64,000 bases of DNA from Opitutia bacterium (GTDB lineage: Bacteria; Verrucomicrobiota; Verrucomicrobiia; Opitutales; JABJCN01), in NCBI GenBank assembly GCA_018668635.1, contig JABJCN010000092.1, positions 9,032 to 73,031 on the forward strand, read 5' to 3'. Each line of letters begins with the position of its first letter. The stretch's first letter is position 1. Under the pieces are notes generated by a model. That model was not told where the DNA came from, did no database searches, and was given only the letters and a program-made list of their open reading frames with translations. Shown here one piece after another: positions 15,001 to 20,000 of the stretch. The position numbers and the translations under genes were made by a program.

Positions 15001-16968
15001 ATCAATATCGAGCTGACTCTTCCGGAACCCAGTATTTTCGATATTATACCGGATGTGGCCAATGGCAAAAATACTGTCAAGTGGAACAGCATTGCCGGTA
15101 AGACTTATCGCATCCTCTATTCTAATATTAATGCTGTTGGTCCTTACAATTATGTTAAGACTCTGGCTGCTCAAATTGATATAGACAGTCAGCGCGCCAC
15201 CCTTGATGGCCAACCTTTTGAGTGGGATCTTAATAATAACGGCATTATTGATCCTGGTGAGGATATCAACGAGAACGGCGTTCTTGATACCCCGGGTCCT
15301 GGTGATACGATTGATCTTGCTGTAACGACCGTTGAGGGTCAGAGCATCGCTTTGGTGGAGCATTTTATTGAAGGGGATGTCTGGTATCGTGTCGAGATGG
15401 AGAATGGCACCTATGATATACCCGAACAGGATACAGATGCTGACGGGCTCTCCGATTTCTACGAGAATCTGGACACTGCCAAGGGGGGCTTTGGCACGGT
15501 GTTTGATGTCTATGACAGTGACGGTGATGGCATGAGCGATGGTTGGGAAATCTTTGTTGCCCTTGATCCTCTTGATGAATCAGATGCTTCGGTTGACGCG
15601 GATGGTGACGGTCTCAGTCACCTTGAGGAATATATGGGAGGCGACAAGGTGCCTGCTGCCTACGATTACACTCGAATCCTAACGGACGTTTTCTCGGGTG
15701 ACTGGACTTACAGTTGGAACAACAACTTCTGGGCGCCTGCGAACAATCCCGAAGTCAATCATCGTACCCTTCTACCTGCTGATACACCCGATACTGACTT
15801 TGACGGGTTTCCCGATGGTGCTGCTGACCCACGGGATTCTGATAGCGATCCCAATAATCCAGGAATGCGTGACGGGTGGGAGGTCATGTACAGCCTTAAT
15901 CCCAATTTCAACGATCGTGAAAGTGATCCCGATAACGATGGTTGGGACCATGATGGCAATGGACTGGTTGAGAGCACTGAACTCTATTCTAACATTGAGG
16001 AATACTTGGGTAAGGATGGAGGTGCGCCGGTGTTGGACACTGCCAACGGTCTACTTCTTTCCAATGGTGCTGTTTTCACCGGGGACCATACAAATCCACA
16101 GGATCCTGATAGCGATTTGGACAGTTACCTTGACGGACGCGAAGCCGATATCATGGAGGGTGTCCTCTTTGGGGGGAGTGATCCCAATGACCCAACATCC
16201 ACCCTCATGCATTTTACCGGCAGTCTCACAAGCCCCAACGGCCCGGACAACCTTCGTCTCGCTATCTCAGATGATACGACGATCCCGGCTGGTGATGTCA
16301 TTTCCGGTGTCGGTGCAATCTACAAGATCGCAGATGTACCCACCGGCAATTACGTGGTATATGCATTTGAAGACAAAAATGCCAACGGAAGCTGGGATAA
16401 CGACACCACGGAGCCAGCCCGGTCCCTCGGTGGTCACGGTAACCCGACCAAGGCCAGTACAGTTTCATTCGCAGCCGGTAGCCCCGTGGTAATTCTTGAT
16501 TTTGAGCTGGATGCAGCATTTGTGGACGACTCTGTTGCCCCAACCTTTGCCGAATGGGCGGTCACCGAAGGCCTTACAGGGAAGGGGAGTGCGGCCGAAC
16601 TTGATGCAGATGGCGATGGTATCCCCAACTTTGTGGAGTTTGCTGCCAACACAGGGCCCCTTGACCCCGATAGCAAACCGGAGGCAACCTTCCACTTCGA
16701 GAACACCCTCGGCGGATTGCTTGAGGCAGAGGAACCCGGCTTTCGCATGATGACCGTTTCCCACCCGTGGAACGGCGTCCTTGCCGGTCAGGTAGCCTAT
16801 GAAATCCAGGTCTCCGAGGACCTCAACCTGGGCTGGAGAACCCTGACACCTGGCGATGGTTTACTCCAGAGTCTTTCCCTCCACGGTGACCGTATCGAGG
16901 CCAAAATCCGCTGTGCCGATGTCAATAGAACCACCTTCACCCGTTTTGTATTTAAGGAGGCCAAATAA
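1..16968 (+). CDS. Giant Ca-binding (thrombospondin type-3-like) repeat protein, probably cell-surface or extracellular; 5' end lies outside the window (at least 5655 aa visible)
   Basis: Frame 1 has no stop from nt 1 to the TAA at 16966-16968. Nt 1-81 translate to PFKLESDIISFVAPTRAILASAPTFPP, which continues the internal repeat pattern, so the ORF-track TTG at 82 is not the true start. The protein has many DxDxDGxxDxxE motifs (DTDGDGLTDYHE, DSDGDGLPDGWE). I count about 36-38 copies by eye of a GQxIxIxGSxxNDGxYTV module. There are four Fn3-like YR[VI]LYS..PAGPY...WYRxE modules. Confidence 0.9.
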   Translation, partial: PFKLESDIISFVAPTRAILASAPTFPPLLPGQRIWITGSTSNNGIYTVSRDVVATDQQIIIEEALLDETAGNLVTIASAGAQLPEMDTDADGLTDFYEEQLGLDPGQDTDGDGVLDDSDGDGNPDGWDSDGDGLPDGWEVLTGLTVFANDIHMANNKVYSSSAIELTGLTDVSFDSATRSIRSSQGSLSDTNQPAFIAGQKVIVSGSGLNSGTYTIVAANSIQITVAEEVQDEKAGRALSISSIGGSNLSVFSAGTTLEVKGFTNIGNFGIESSSENTIQVVGNLADEPTGTFDPNDESAYRGWITLFANDTEGDSDGDLLSNKEEFLGADDKSSGYNDYLIPDRLFDGDWTHPVFNDTDGDTIDDGWEIRYGLDPNQSNGLLGSDIGFRDNRVRSISSLVVSGQNIRFDGASSRILSLTNEFILLRQCRQVTIIGSDSNDGSFPIIDIGVAGDYMEVAPAASGAVIVDEKEGRPIMVHGDLEILSNDISFNGNTISSSPTTVTGNDIFFTAAGEIRNLGGQSIMGDDISFSGTTIRSHNGHFSSGTDDISFDAATSEIRSQVGILNGYAVGYPILVAGSANNNGLFIVQSVPVPGFTVVVNGPLQDEGAQNGGNNPQPKVITITAIGGTDLSSFISGYQVQVFGSLFNDGIYTVTGTPTFPTNTLDVGQLLFTESNGAFVDISYADTSSFSNFRAGQSITVTGSVTNNGTYTIGNALPSANLIQLAATGPAIVAEPANPFTAVTLTAQGVTDFSRFSRGAQIQVNGTSLNDGIYNISNDIAPTASQIQVVEPLTLEASGPDLEIFQLGPSSRLDAFNDNENVLINGSLGNDGTFIIDTNGVSPSTLFALPPKLFASEAAGSQITISKDLDSDGLPDVVEYHYNSNPNLRDTDADGDTDMDETGGFFGGSDPTDPDSVLRSINGLVRYSGIETGNIYIQVDEANRPFEENDTGDTIPSDLYFTNKDRTIHSSTGKLPYLTVGRQILISGTNDGDGDGVGDNDGVFTISKIIASKYAIEVDEELVDEGTIDEDGDGVPDGVSVSATVLGYDPILVPLSLGERAYSINGLASDHLITITAFLDANGNGGLDEFADPNGQYNSGNPVEVGKSGRFNLNLDLEQTSLAIDSVTTEEIDGGYYHTVIWNSVPAKQYRVLYSTSTPAGPYGTYVPAANGLPVVITGRDAPVVNPGDDPPKTSLVHFTVESPVWYRVEMVNAFGEGVPETDTDGDGLTDYHEGQLKLDPENPDVDEDGMPDGWEVLTGLTAYGNDLTLDGDTGKILSIAGLITESTTIGFDLASRKISFNNGMPAFIVGQQITVTGSKVNDGTYTISEVATDSTFIVVKESLNTETAGATVTVASFGGTDLSVFQDGAILVIKGTTAQLYDGVYKVIGASMTHEAQLSTVAGGLPSFQNGNGHPAEPGIWLTLYATDSDANPDGDGWEDVDASGNPIWHQYTNIEEYLGADQTLSIFRKELLPTRIFDGDWTHPNSVDTDMDDIDDGWERRYGLDPSSLNGTFGSDLSFKGSQVRSVESISISGENISFDAATRRINSLSSSFLAFSNSQWITITGSGFNDGVYEIESVSQFGEFITVTPAHTLIEEVKGADIYIRADREKTGTDISFNGNTIRASRTTASGSDIHFDDTGFIRSLANQNVQGTDLVFALNEVKSHFGLTTGFIVNDISFDAASQQISSLAGIFPDFVVGQQIFVNGSNSNDGFYTLAGIPVQGSILQVNEALIDEARQNVAGGGGPAPPKIIAVASVGGTDLSGFPGGFQVQIMGSTFNDGNFTLIAPSSQNLLQFATAMLNEPAGANTGISVLNSTNLSGFELGQQIIITGSTLNDGTYQVSNAVAPTAGAIAIQFDPLNPLQLQNEPPLVTRAPTVAAATNTNLSMFTRGGTLVVSGTAFNDGTYHINPFIDPTADTIQVQETFINEPMGPSTTILQTGATDLSGFLDNTTILVSGSFLNNGVYTIAKDGVSQHALTFAPSGIFAGFLREPAAADISISRDSDNDGLPDVLEFNYKTNPSEPDSDGDGGTDIAEVSGHFGGSDPTDSTSVLSSIVGTIIYETNENGIFYVSLTPVAEGINDLMFNSADRTISSASGRLPSLMAGDILEVTGTASNNGPFTVLEVVAPHTTLKVIESILDESPADTTVMGPPLLVSLPPNQRSFAITNLPSDVHVLLEAFLDSNGNAERDDFIDPSVTYNGGKPLLVGPGGRYNIVLDLSLTPLRIHPDEVDVKGVVTKEDEITGGYHHTITWKSVPGKIYQVRYSTATPAGPFSHYVTARTGLAEQVIGKAGGETTSLIHFSTHRDVFYRIEQLNADGTLTQEADSDGDGLTDYYEEALLLDPFTQDVDLDGMPDGWEVLTKITTHARDIRFNGSTITSVYSLTSANKSDISFAGNIISATSTEFPEFLAGHQLLITGSGKNDGTYILESVSDDRKTLTLSGTLEQEVAGATVTISSVGGTNLSIYPAGIILNVKGSTNTLNDGIFEVKVSSANQLNMVNATNGTDHVFILEDQDPEAPHYITLFASDADIDADIDGLSNLEEYLGADIEGSTFDPGLLAARVFDGDYTNATELDTDADTMDDGWERKYGLNPNALNGVSGTDLGFRGLQIKSISSIPVSGRDFTFNSATNRITALSTSLSSLQHARQLTILGSGTNDGTYTVLSVDTAGAFIDIHPSTPIAINQKEGNYVTILGDREILGNDISLDSFSIRSTPTQVTGKDIHFDSAGFIRSLLGVFVEGQDIGFVGNQISSHFGLTTGAVDDDISFDSATSEIRSAGGNLPNFVNGFQIQVAGSNFNNGTFTVVSTITSGFTIQVAEALFDEPATNNLLPGAAKTVTIDSIGGTDFSSIPSGFEIFISGSGVNDGVQTAAISTSNILTVLSGFISEAAGANVRIEISQPTDFSNFRIGQEIAISDSRRNDGDYIIGSVSPNMLKIQFNPTIPSPLFNDPANVLTEASVTAVVFSDLSTFQKGEFLQLNGSTDNSGVLRVSPFFNPTPDELQVLDLLVSEPIGSDLEFFQLGHTDLSGFNDGDIVLVAGSIANNGIYTLAQNGVTGHGLTFKMAPPFAGFVTESAGSLVSISKDLDNDGLSDVLEYVFKSNPTIADTDNDGDSDLAETNARFYGSDPQNNAVLLTSLNGTIEHALPYEGADRGTVYVVVQEQTSVHQVGDLQFSAQDNSITSTESKLPFLVAGRKITIAGSSATAIGTDIEFIGNTIKSSNTLIPSSLLPGRQVLISGSGDNDGIYTVGAGGVSLDGKTLTLTESLTNEDKGSEVSVATIYTVASVITPGTKIIVSDNLADELPSDCSFNILPAAPEIVTLPVGVLSYSVDGLPSGSTVSIHAYLDADKDGEYDAFVDPYGEYSAPITLGKSPRYNLNITLRQSDLTLANVSPLTSATNGFANAITWNSIPGKIYRILYSDHSPAGPYDKYVESLTGFPQEIIGRFPDPISGISQTYIVHISEHKDTWYRLEMISEDRRTVTSEVDSDSDGLTDYHENNMGLDPQVFDSDGDSLPDGWETYTGLTTHGSDISFTAPGTIRSIAGLQVTGTDLKFIANTGVIQATANSVDFSDFIAGQKISITGSLRNDGTYSILEEPTTSTITVQEQIYDEDGPLSGVLVASVGGTNLSVFPAGAVLTIINSARNDGTYKVSSENTVSSHTLVLESDTLVAETHDESSGSITIYASDKDADPDGDGLTNLQEFLGPDGEVPSYDYALVTTTLFSGDWSHPVKFDTDGDGIDDGWEVDYGLNPNKIDQLSGKDISLRGDRVFSMANIEVSGVDISLDHDMNRLLSTFPHFKDFSKGQLIRIEGTNSNDGSYHIKSARPNEIYLEEPLTDTEPAGSKIVTIIADISITSSNLAIDENSIYSATTSAEGGDITFSRDRVQSLHDYAVTGTDLIFRDKQITSTSGLKYLVHEAAPRLFALRGAEMTTEDGLTLNFVENQRLIMRNLTVPFVDYFSVRRVQFGGEKITFNTAPPFNQSPQNIEWTEIFTEPGTGTDLSLLVPGLQIQVSGSQFNDGVYTISDIEYGRDRWVAEDPFGQQRAPEGTLDYSLDNNNTTTVLTVDTPTLFNDEATGREITITVLNGTDLAEFRTKQEFEVSESYSNNGVYTVSDAVIPTSNQMVVHDHIFKEEPRLLATDLLVDDISFQPVGEVAGNPLVPQDGTLIARHPVFDVVTSPIRFSQSDLEAGGRGRRLNVIEWSTNLLAISDPDPATDFDDIYFQNGDVISGTFEVFPADPILMIPAVTEPRIYVVVGVAPITDPLNSPDFTTFVNNTNAILPGALVQILNSTGPVTTVFEPNAGRYELGEVVYDDTDGNYYMAFAGPTTAAAGCTEISTEWIPLGPTPPHMGVADEFSSLVSYDPGALVQFENHIYVALEELSLNQGTPTENTTSWIEPSLYMTSSLILSHTGAIPKLVAGTKINVYVQGDGANVDHGGSWVDWPLWALGDPDPNAKSFTVKNFISPFMIEVEESVIEHDRFHDDVFTWFFDPLSGDLIPFLADPQPPRNIRLFVNSYSTGQNPQAKLDLVRIDLSAFQPGQKLTIIDSSKNNGVYTISDEAVAVADRVYLQEPLYIENDGSNATIFQSGATDLSGFSFGSKFILGGSDQNDGKFTVNSIKPNSSIVDVSRVFTQEEVDAGITTALATEATGRNITMGIDTDDDSLSNNQEYTGADGISPNNPGDSSDATAPTLSDFDRDGYADDVERGGYFGGSKAWDINSIPSSISGKINYTGTLDGEVILRILEGNDPNPAAPNDISFTSEGSIIRSSSGSLPLLLPGEKLHIQGTILTYIPFNSNGINTSYTVKEVVTQGSEITVEEALIDTPLPTEGLVFLQLWGTPELLELNLGASGPYTVSGLPSHKSYIVDAFLDVGIKVASSNLTFDPDTGTITANTDLFTEFAIGQTIRVTGSEALPINDGSYTLTAVTGTTLTVAETITTREEPGSYIIIQGLGNGVYDDQAEPYGSYIFPASGGAIQLVSGIIPISHLNNINIELTLPEPSIFDIIPDVANGKNTVKWNSIAGKTYRILYSNINAVGPYNYVKTLAAQIDIDSQRATLDGQPFEWDLNNNGIIDPGEDINENGVLDTPGPGDTIDLAVTTVEGQSIALVEHFIEGDVWYRVEMENGTYDIPEQDTDADGLSDFYENLDTAKGGFGTVFDVYDSDGDGMSDGWEIFVALDPLDESDASVDADGDGLSHLEEYMGGDKVPAAYDYTRILTDVFSGDWTYSWNNNFWAPANNPEVNHRTLLPADTPDTDFDGFPDGAADPRDSDSDPNNPGMRDGWEVMYSLNPNFNDRESDPDNDGWDHDGNGLVESTELYSNIEEYLGKDGGAPVLDTANGLLLSNGAVFTGDHTNPQDPDSDLDSYLDGREADIMEGVLFGGSDPNDPTSTLMHFTGSLTSPNGPDNLRLAISDDTTIPAGDVISGVGAIYKIADVPTGNYVVYAFEDKNANGSWDNDTTEPARSLGGHGNPTKASTVSFAAGSPVVILDFELDAAFVDDSVAPTFAEWAVTEGLTGKGSAAELDADGDGIPNFVEFAANTGPLDPDSKPEATFHFENTLGGLLEAEEPGFRMMTVSHPWNGVLAGQVAYEIQVSEDLNLGWRTLTPGDGLLQSLSLHGDRIEAKIRCADVNRTTFTRFVFKEAK
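253..3663 (+). repeat. Super-repeat 1 of the giant protein (about 1137 aa)
   Basis: The unit starts at EMDTDADGLTDFYEEQLGLDP and ends after the Fn3-like module YRVLYSTSTPAGPYGTYV...WYRVEMVN. The same domain order recurs in the next three units. Confidence 0.75.
3664..6984 (+). repeat. Super-repeat 2 (about 1107 aa)
   Basis: The unit starts at ETDTDGDGLTDYHEGQLKLDP and ends after YQVRYSTATPAGPFSHYV...FYRIEQLN. It is collinear with unit 1 at protein level but heavily diverged at DNA level. Confidence 0.75.
6985..10470 (+). repeat. Super-repeat 3 (about 1162 aa)
   Basis: The unit starts at EADSDGDGLTDYYEEALLLDP and ends after YRILYSDHSPAGPYDKYV...WYRLEMIS. Confidence 0.75.
10471..15423 (+). 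repeat. Super-repeat 4, expanded to about 1651 aa by a non-repetitive insert
   Basis: The unit starts at EVDSDSDGLTDYHENNMGLDP and ends after YRILYSNINAVGPYNYV...WYRVEMENG. It carries a unique region of about 390 aa (roughly nt 12430-13600) that units 1-3 lack. Confidence 0.7.
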
Positions 16969-17009
16969 GGCAGTTACAAACCGCGTTAATCTAGTATCTG
17001 GTTTTTTTA

Positions 17010-20000
17010 ATGAAACTTCCCTGCAAACTTCTGTTCCTTAGTCTTTTTACCTTGGTTACCTCCGTCCTTCATGGGCAACTTAACACCGGCAATATTACGG
17101 GTTTCGGTTGGGGGCAAGGCACTTACAGGATAGGAACGACCGTCCCCATCAACCTGCTGTCCATCACAGGCCCAATGGATGTCTTGTACTATGACATAAC
17201 TGTCAGAGGCTTCGATATCTATGGTGATGAAGTTGGAGACGGTTTTAATGGCGCTGGTGATTTTGGCTACATTATCGATTCTGGCTATACTCAATCCCTT
17301 GCCGGACCTGCCCCTATGACTCAGCCTGAAACAGGAACAATGGGTCCCTGGTTTTGGACCATACCTAATGAGGGGAGGTTACACAGTCCAGCACCAGCAG
17401 GATATTTTTTAAACTTCAATTTTTATTCCGAAAACCCCGCTATAGACCCCAACGCTATTTTGCTTCGTCCAATGGGGGTTGACGGGGTCTTTGTTGATGT
17501 CGAGGCCGACCTCTATGTCACCGGTTTGGATTTTCCAGCGGGAAATTATGTTGGTGGGGATTTCATTACCTTGAAGGTTTCATTATCCAATGGATTTCCC
17601 CCTCCGAGCTTGATCCAAGGGATGGCTGACCCGTTCCCTAACGTTCTTCGGGAAACACGCCCTCTCTTCACATCCTTCGATATCGATTTCAGGCTCTCTA
17701 TTGATCCGGCCTATGATACTGAAGTAAGAATTAATTCCGGTGTGGATAATAGCGATGATTTTGATCTACACACAGTAACTGTAGTGGGGGATGGTAAAAA
17801 CGGCCAGTCTTTCAGGGACAGTTGGCTTGATCCTGCGGAAGTTGTAACTATTACCACAGATGCCCTCCTGCCCAAGAACTATTCGGGTATTTTTTTCCTT
17901 GGCACGGAAATTGACTCAGGGGATAGCCCGGGTGTTCGTGACCTGACCGAGGCCAACAATATCCTGATGAGCTCTGCCACTGCGCGAATTCACATTCGGC
18001 CAACCAATTCACCTAGTACGCATCCGGTCAGTGAACGTACTGACGGGAACGGTCAACAGGTTGCCTCTGCCAATGAATACAGTGATGAACCTTCTGTCAG
18101 CGGGGATGGTGCGCGCATCGCCTTTGTCTCTCGTGCCAGCAATTTATTAACTACAGGTTCAGATAATAACAATCTTGCTGATGTGTTCATTCGTAATCGA
18201 GACACAGGTACTATACAATTAGCGAGTATGAGCTCCAGCGGAGTGCAGGCAAATCGTGACTCCAGCGACCCGGATATTAGTGTGGATGGACGATTTGTTA
18301 CATTTTCATCATTGGCTTCCAATCTGGTTGATGGAGATGTCGGTGGCTTTTCAGATATTTTTCTCCATGATATTATTAGTGGCGAAACCACCCGTATCAC
18401 AAAACGTATTGAGACGCCAACAGGTAGCGACATCACCTATACACTTGAAGCCAATGGATCCTCATTCACGCCCTCAATTTCCGAGGATGGTCGGTTTATT
18501 GCCTTTCAGTCCTACGCAACAAATCTTGATCATGATTTTGATGGCAAGTTTCCAAAAGGGGGAAGCCAAGTAAGTTATATTTATGTTCATGATCGCGGGG
18601 TTGATGGTGATCTTAACCGTTTTGACAGGGTGGACAATGTCCGCACCTACCTTGTATCAACTTCAACCAACGGTTCTATCGCTGACAGTAACAGCTATGC
18701 TCCCGATATAAGTTTTGATGCGAAGTGGATTGGCTTTGGGTCAATTGCACAGAACTTGCAACACTCTCTTGATGAGCCTTCCAAGTTTCAGCAAATCTAT
18801 CGGCGCCGTTTATTTGATGACTTTGCGTTGAAATCAAATACTGGCCTACCGAAAGGAGTTTACGGGAAGTCTCCCTCGGATGCTGAAATCCGTGATTCAC
18901 TTGAACTACTAAGCTTGAGTGCTTCTGGCGATCCTGGAAACAGCGATAGTTATGATGCCTCGGTCAACGGTGATGGCAGTGAGATTGCCTTTGTTTCCGA
19001 GGCGGACAATCTTGATTTTAGGATGGTTGATTCAAATGGTGTACCTGATATTTTCGTGCGCTCCATTCGCGATGGGGAACAACCTCAAACAGTCCGTGTT
19101 AATATTTCTTCAGGTGGCAATGAGGCTATAGATGTTGAGTTAGAGGACAGTCTCAACGCCATTAATGTCGCTGCTGGTAATCTTGATCCAACAATTGATC
19201 GCTCAGGACGATTCATTGCATTTCGCTCTCATGCTGATAACATCACGCACCTTTCCCCACTGAAAAATGGCTTCTCTGATGTTTTTCTGCACGACCGTGA
19301 TTTTGATGGAAATGATATTTTTGACGAGGTTGCTCTATCCGGTGTCAAGACCGAGGTCATCAGCGTAAACCGCTTCGGTCTCGAAACGCGTGGCTTGTTA
19401 AATAGGCCTTCCTCCGCATCCAGTCGCAATCCATCCATTAGTGCCGATAGTCGCTTTGTCGCATTTTCCACAGATTCCGAAAATACGGGCGGTTTACGTT
19501 TCAGCCGTTCCAATATGTACCCTCTGGATAGTAATTTCTACCGTGATATCTTTCTTTATGATCAAAACATAAATGTTCCCACTACAATTCCTGAATTATA
19601 CCCACCCAGCGTGGTCATTACAGAACCCAATAATGGGGATACCTTTTTTACTGGTACCACAATATTTGTTAATGCTTTTGCTTCAGATCCTCTTGGTACA
19701 TCAGCAGCCACAGCCGGTATCACGAAAGTTGATTTTTTCGTGAATGGGGAAATCGTTGCCGTGGATGATGCGGAGCCTTATTCAACCACATATACATTTG
19801 ATACACCTGGCACCTATAATATCAGAGCGAGGGCAACCGATCTGGATGGCTACGAGACAACATCAGCAAGCATCATTGTCACGGCTGATATCAGCACGAT
19901 AACCCTCCCCGAAATAGAGCTTCTGTCTCCACGTGACGGCTTGGATATTTCAGAGGGGTCCCCAATATTCCTTAAGGCAAAAATGATAGGTGCAATTGAT

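Noticed and set aside
15698-16492. A 264-aa ORF in an alternative plus-strand frame inside the giant gene. Other long internal ORFs are 13607-14248 (+), 1327-1920 (-), 12580-13074 (-) and 6562-6957 (-).
   Set aside because: These are shadow ORFs. The main frame is dominated by GAT, GAC, GGT and ACC codons, which suppresses stops in other frames. Their translations are low-complexity and lack any motif. The frame-1 product has a coherent repeat architecture across the whole region.
16700-16968. A PEP-CTERM, LPXTG or other sorting signal at the giant protein's C-terminus.
   Set aside because: The C-terminus (…DRIEAKIRCADVNRTTFTRFVFKEAK) has no PEP motif, no terminal transmembrane helix with a basic tail, and no LPXTG.
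16969-17009. A terminator between the two giant genes (aaacc-N17-ggttt followed by a T-run).
   Set aside because: The stem is only 5 bp and AT-rich, and the loop is 17 nt. This is too weak to call, so I consider read-through more likely.
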